Assembly (NCBI GenBank): GCA_963706595.1
Contig: OY970166.1
Coordinates: 1,728,001 to 1,792,000, forward strand
Direction of reading: 5' to 3'
Length of the DNA: 64,000 bases
Origin: an uncultured cyanobacterium
GTDB lineage: Bacteria > Cyanobacteriota > Cyanobacteriia > Cyanobacteriales > Nostocaceae
Both the position numbers and the translations under genes were made by a program. The notes beneath the pieces are model-generated. The model was not told the DNA's origin and searched no databases. It saw only the letters and a program-made list of their open reading frames with translations. Shown one piece after another: positions 60,901-64,000 of this stretch; position 1 is the first letter of the stretch, and the number at the start of each line of letters is the position of its first letter.

Positions 60901-61423
60901 TCTCTTGGATAATTAGCCCATTTTTCGGATCACCAATTGCTTGGCATATCTTTGACGGTGAATTACGTTGCTCAACTTTGACAAATTGTCAACCTTTGAT
61001 CAAGACTTTCTTTCCCTCTGTTATAGCCCCTTTTTGATTTCAGATGACCAAGTTACTGATAGAGATATTAAATTGGTGTCTATGTAAGCATAAAAATATT
61101 TAAAATATACTTAAGATCCTGGATTCAGAATAATATTTAGTTTTTCATGCAGATTTAACTAACATAGAACTAGGATATCTTCTCTATAAATATACATAAA
61201 CCGTATTTTCTCTTGATTTTAGACAATAAATTGGAAGTCCCTAACTGTATTAACACTGTACTGACTAATTTTGCGTGGAATTATCTTTTGCTGTAAACTT
61301 AATCAGGAGGTAACATATAATTGACCTCCAGAGAATCTACCCATAGAAGGAATGAAGCTAAATTCTGAATGCAGCCCCTTTGGACTTGTGAGTTAAATGG
61401 GCTGCATTCACCGGCATAAAAGG

Positions 61424-61759
61424 CTAAGAGGCTAAACTTTCGACACTTAGAGGCACCATATCGCCATTCTTCGTTAGTCCTAACAACATCGCTTCTTGGG
61501 CTGGTATTAATTGACCCGTGAGTACACAACGTTCTTCTTGCTGCGCTGTAGCAGCTATACTAGCTCGAATATCGGCTCGCGAAAATCGGGGTTTCCACTC
61601 ACCTGATTTTTGTTGTACATAATTCCAGAGGATATCTCTAATCAAAGCTTGATATCCCTGATTACCGGCGATTTCTTTGAGTTTATCTTTGAGTTCTCGC
61701 TCAAGACGGATGCTGGTAACTTCCATGTCAGTGGTGGGAGTGCGAGCGATTGTATGCAT
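61424..61759 (-). CDS. trcR: Ribbon-helix-helix repressor, probable TrcR orthologue
   Basis: EVTSIRLERELKDKLK...YQALIRDILW RHH; AAGGAG RBS; divergent from an alr0857-like gene. Name assigned from recalled synteny. Confidence 0.65.
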   Translation of the reverse strand: MHTIARTPTTDMEVTSIRLERELKDKLKEIAGNQGYQALIRDILWNYVQQKSGEWKPRFSRADIRASIAATAQQEERCVLTGQLIPAQEAMLLGLTKNGDMVPLSVESLAS

Positions 61760-61780
61760 AACTTTTGCTCCTTAAAGGTA

Positions 61781-61809
61781 TGGACAGTATAGTAATACAA
61801 GTGTAGTAT
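61781..61809 (+). promoter_or_regulatory. Promoter with overlapping imperfect palindrome (putative RHH operator)
   Basis: TGGACA-N17-TAGTAT; GTAATACA-AG-TGTAGTAT overlaps the spacer and -10. Confidence 0.7.
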
Positions 61810-61815
61810 GTTTGA

Positions 61816-62105
61816 AGAAATCTTCAAATCAGTGCAATTTGCTGTGAAATTAGTCTCTGCCATCTCCACTTCCTTGTGTGCGTCCATCTGTCCAGCCAGT
61901 TGGGAATTAGCCGCCTTGGGAGTGAAGTATTTATTTATGGGCGATGGTAAGCGAGATCATCGGCAAATCACAGCAGATGATTTGAGATTGATCAGCATGA
62001 GTTTACGGAGTTACGGGCTGAAGAATATTTTACCCAGGTGAGACTAGGAGATTGTGCGGTCAAATTTCAACCCCCGACTCACCCAAAGGAGAAACGGGGG
62101 TTTTT
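61816..62105 (+). ncRNA. Candidate structured ncRNA or leader
   Basis: Three nested helices at 61837-61978 and a terminator-like stem at 62069-62105. Confidence 0.5.
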
Positions 62106-62183
62106 GATCAGGATGAAAGCTGTGACGATACAGTTTTGGAACAGATGTGCAAGCAAACCTGGAATAACAGGAGAGCATAAGGA

Positions 62184-62621
62184 ATGCTGAAATTAACTTA
62201 CACCGAAAGGAGCTTTTATTTAGAGTGTATAGCTCAGTCACTAGAGGAATGGGTGGCGCAGCGAGTGGTTTTTGCCCTACGTGTTGGGCAAAGTCTGTAT
62301 GTTGAATCCAGCACTGCTTCCTTTCTGCTTCCTGTTGATTTACCAGGAATAGATATGCTCAAGGCTGAAGTTAAACCAGATCACAGCGAAATTATCAGCT
62401 TGTGTGCTTGTGATAGTGAGTATATGGAAGTGACTTTGAAGGGTTTTTGGCTATCAGATGGTTCTGAAGATGCTGTGGGTTTGTTTGTCACCACTATCAG
62501 CGATCGCACTTCCACTGGTGAGGCTTTGTCGCTAGCTGCACCCATTGAGGTATTTTTGCATCAACTTTGGCAAGAAGCGCAAGCTGGCAATTCTATGATC
62601 AGCCAGTGGTATGATTCCTAG
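62184..62621 (+). CDS. alr0857-like hypothetical protein
   Basis: MLKLTYTE..FYLE...LEEWVAQRV..ALRVGQ..STASFLLP. Confidence 0.75.
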   Translation: MLKLTYTERSFYLECIAQSLEEWVAQRVVFALRVGQSLYVESSTASFLLPVDLPGIDMLKAEVKPDHSEIISLCACDSEYMEVTLKGFWLSDGSEDAVGLFVTTISDRTSTGEALSLAAPIEVFLHQLWQEAQAGNSMISQWYDS

Positions 62622-63016
62622 TCTCAGAGTTATACGTAAGTAATTGCAGCAATTCATAAATTGCCCCTACTTAAGTATTTCAGGCGCTCTTCCTAAAGGT
62701 TGATTTTATTGCCAATATAAATAAAATAAATTTCATTCTAGAGGTCGATACAAGTGTGAGCCATTTAAGAGTAAAAGTGTAAAGTATGAAATTTGCTGAA
62801 AGAGAATATCTGTGTAAACCACAATAATTAATTAGGTATCGAAAATTTGATGATTCAAATCGGCAATACCAAAAAACTTTCCGACCGATTTCATAGTTTA
62901 ATTAACTCCAAAAGCACACATTAATAATTTCATGTTACCCCTTTACTAACAAAGGGATTGCTTGATGATTAAATGTGCAAATCTTGCGTTGTTGAAGCTG
63001 TTAGTGAGGATAAAAA

Positions 63017-63376
63017 ATGAAGATTTTTGATTTTGTTTTATCTATTTTGCGCCCAGTCCGTTTTGTAATTGTGGCTTCTGCTTGTACGCTGCTATTTTTA
63101 TCCAGCGCATCTCCTGCTTTTGCCATCAGTAGCTATCAAAGTAATCCTCAAGAAGGCACTACACAACTTCTGGAAACTCAACGAAAAACTGATGAAGTGG
63201 CTAAATCCGATCCCCTGAAATTGAAAGAGGTGCAAGAAAATTCCAACAAAGGGTTGAATGAAGTTCAGGGAGATGCTGACATTGACAAAATGAAGAGTCC
63301 TGAAAATTCACAGAGTTCAACCTCAGTAGAAGATAATGTCCAGAATTTTTTCGATAAAGTGACAGGGAAAAAGTAA
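63017..63376 (+). CDS. Secreted/membrane-anchored general-stress-type hypothetical protein
   Basis: Signal peptide (SPAFA), GLNEVQGDADIDKM, GAGG RBS. Confidence 0.75.
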   Translation: MKIFDFVLSILRPVRFVIVASACTLLFLSSASPAFAISSYQSNPQEGTTQLLETQRKTDEVAKSDPLKLKEVQENSNKGLNEVQGDADIDKMKSPENSQSSTSVEDNVQNFFDKVTGKK

Positions 63377-63773
63377 GTTGTAAAACTAATTATAAGTAAG
63401 ATAAACTTCCCCCGATTTTGCAAAGTAATCGGGGGTTTCTATTTTCTATTGTTTTCAATAGCTGGGGAGTGGGGAGTGGGGAGTAGAGGAAAAGGGGCAG
63501 GGGGCTAAGAGTACCTTATATAATTGGAAATTGCTGTATGCCAGAGATTTAAATTATGGTATAATGGTTGAAAAAATTAGTAATTGCGTGGCTCTTGTAG
63601 TTTTCAGTGCAAAAAGAAAGACGGGTGAGCATTTACCAAAATTTACTATATAAGTAATTCCCGCAATCCCCTACAGCAGTGTTTTCTACCATCATGACGC
63701 GAGAGCCAATTTTAGTTCAGGGAAATTACGGGGATTAACTTAAGATAATTTATTGTGCAGTCGCGCCTGTCAG

Positions 63774-64000
63774 ATGATGATCTGCTGCTTAAATCCCGAT
63801 TGCCCAAATCCCCTAAATTCTGACAAACAGAAGTTATGCCAAACTTGTAGCACTCCCTTAGTGCCACTTTTGCGAAATCGCTTCCGCGTCATTCGGGTGC
63901 TTTCCGATGAGGGGGGATTTGGCAGAACCTATTTATCCGAAGATACAGATAAACTCAATGAACGTTGTGTAATCAAGCAGTTAGCGCCGAAGTTTCAAGG
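63774..64000 (+). CDS. Ser/Thr protein kinase with N-terminal 4-Cys ribbon (partial)
   Basis: Not in the ORF track. MMICCLNPDCPNP...CQTC...EGGFGRTYL...CVIKQL, open to the window edge. Confidence 0.9.
   Translation, partial: MMICCLNPDCPNPLNSDKQKLCQTCSTPLVPLLRNRFRVIRVLSDEGGFGRTYLSEDTDKLNERCVIKQLAPKFQ

Noticed and set aside
61808..62041. 77-aa CDS
   Set aside because: Its ATG lies within the -10 element and it lacks an RBS; RNA structure explains the region better, though a peptide is not excluded

Overview
Chromosomal window from a filamentous heterocyst-forming cyanobacterium (Nostocales-like). The evidence is abundant HIP1 GCGATCGC octamers, heptamer STRR tracts, GTAG-type REP palindromes and Nostoc-like gene order. 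Most of the window is core genome: dps, sigG and its anti-sigma, L,D-transpeptidase, a ComFB/CdgR-like protein, M23 peptidase, a devBCA-like exporter with TetR, SulP/USP, GDPD, GH57, nfu, lepA, cysteine desulfurase, PrxQ, a Rieske oxygenase, a split inverted photolyase, tldD, a Na+/H+ antiporter, tRNA-Glu, two GAF kinases and a TrcR-like RHH repressor. The most unusual part is 17.6-32.1 kb. There a PPIase plus type I secretion operon converges on TIGR03032, a 14-repeat FG-GAP/RTX protein, a small Sec-exported Gly/Ala/Val-rich protein and an unknown outer-membrane barrel. The 14 repeats (2 x 7 blades) are near-identical in DNA except at hypervariable codons. These change at positions 1-2 while keeping T or C at position 3. 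Other highlights are a candidate structured ncRNA behind the TrcR-like divergent promoter, 5-level nested miniature mobile elements with target duplications, two single-base frameshifts and an unannotated pseudogene. All calls are by eye; no database searches were run.
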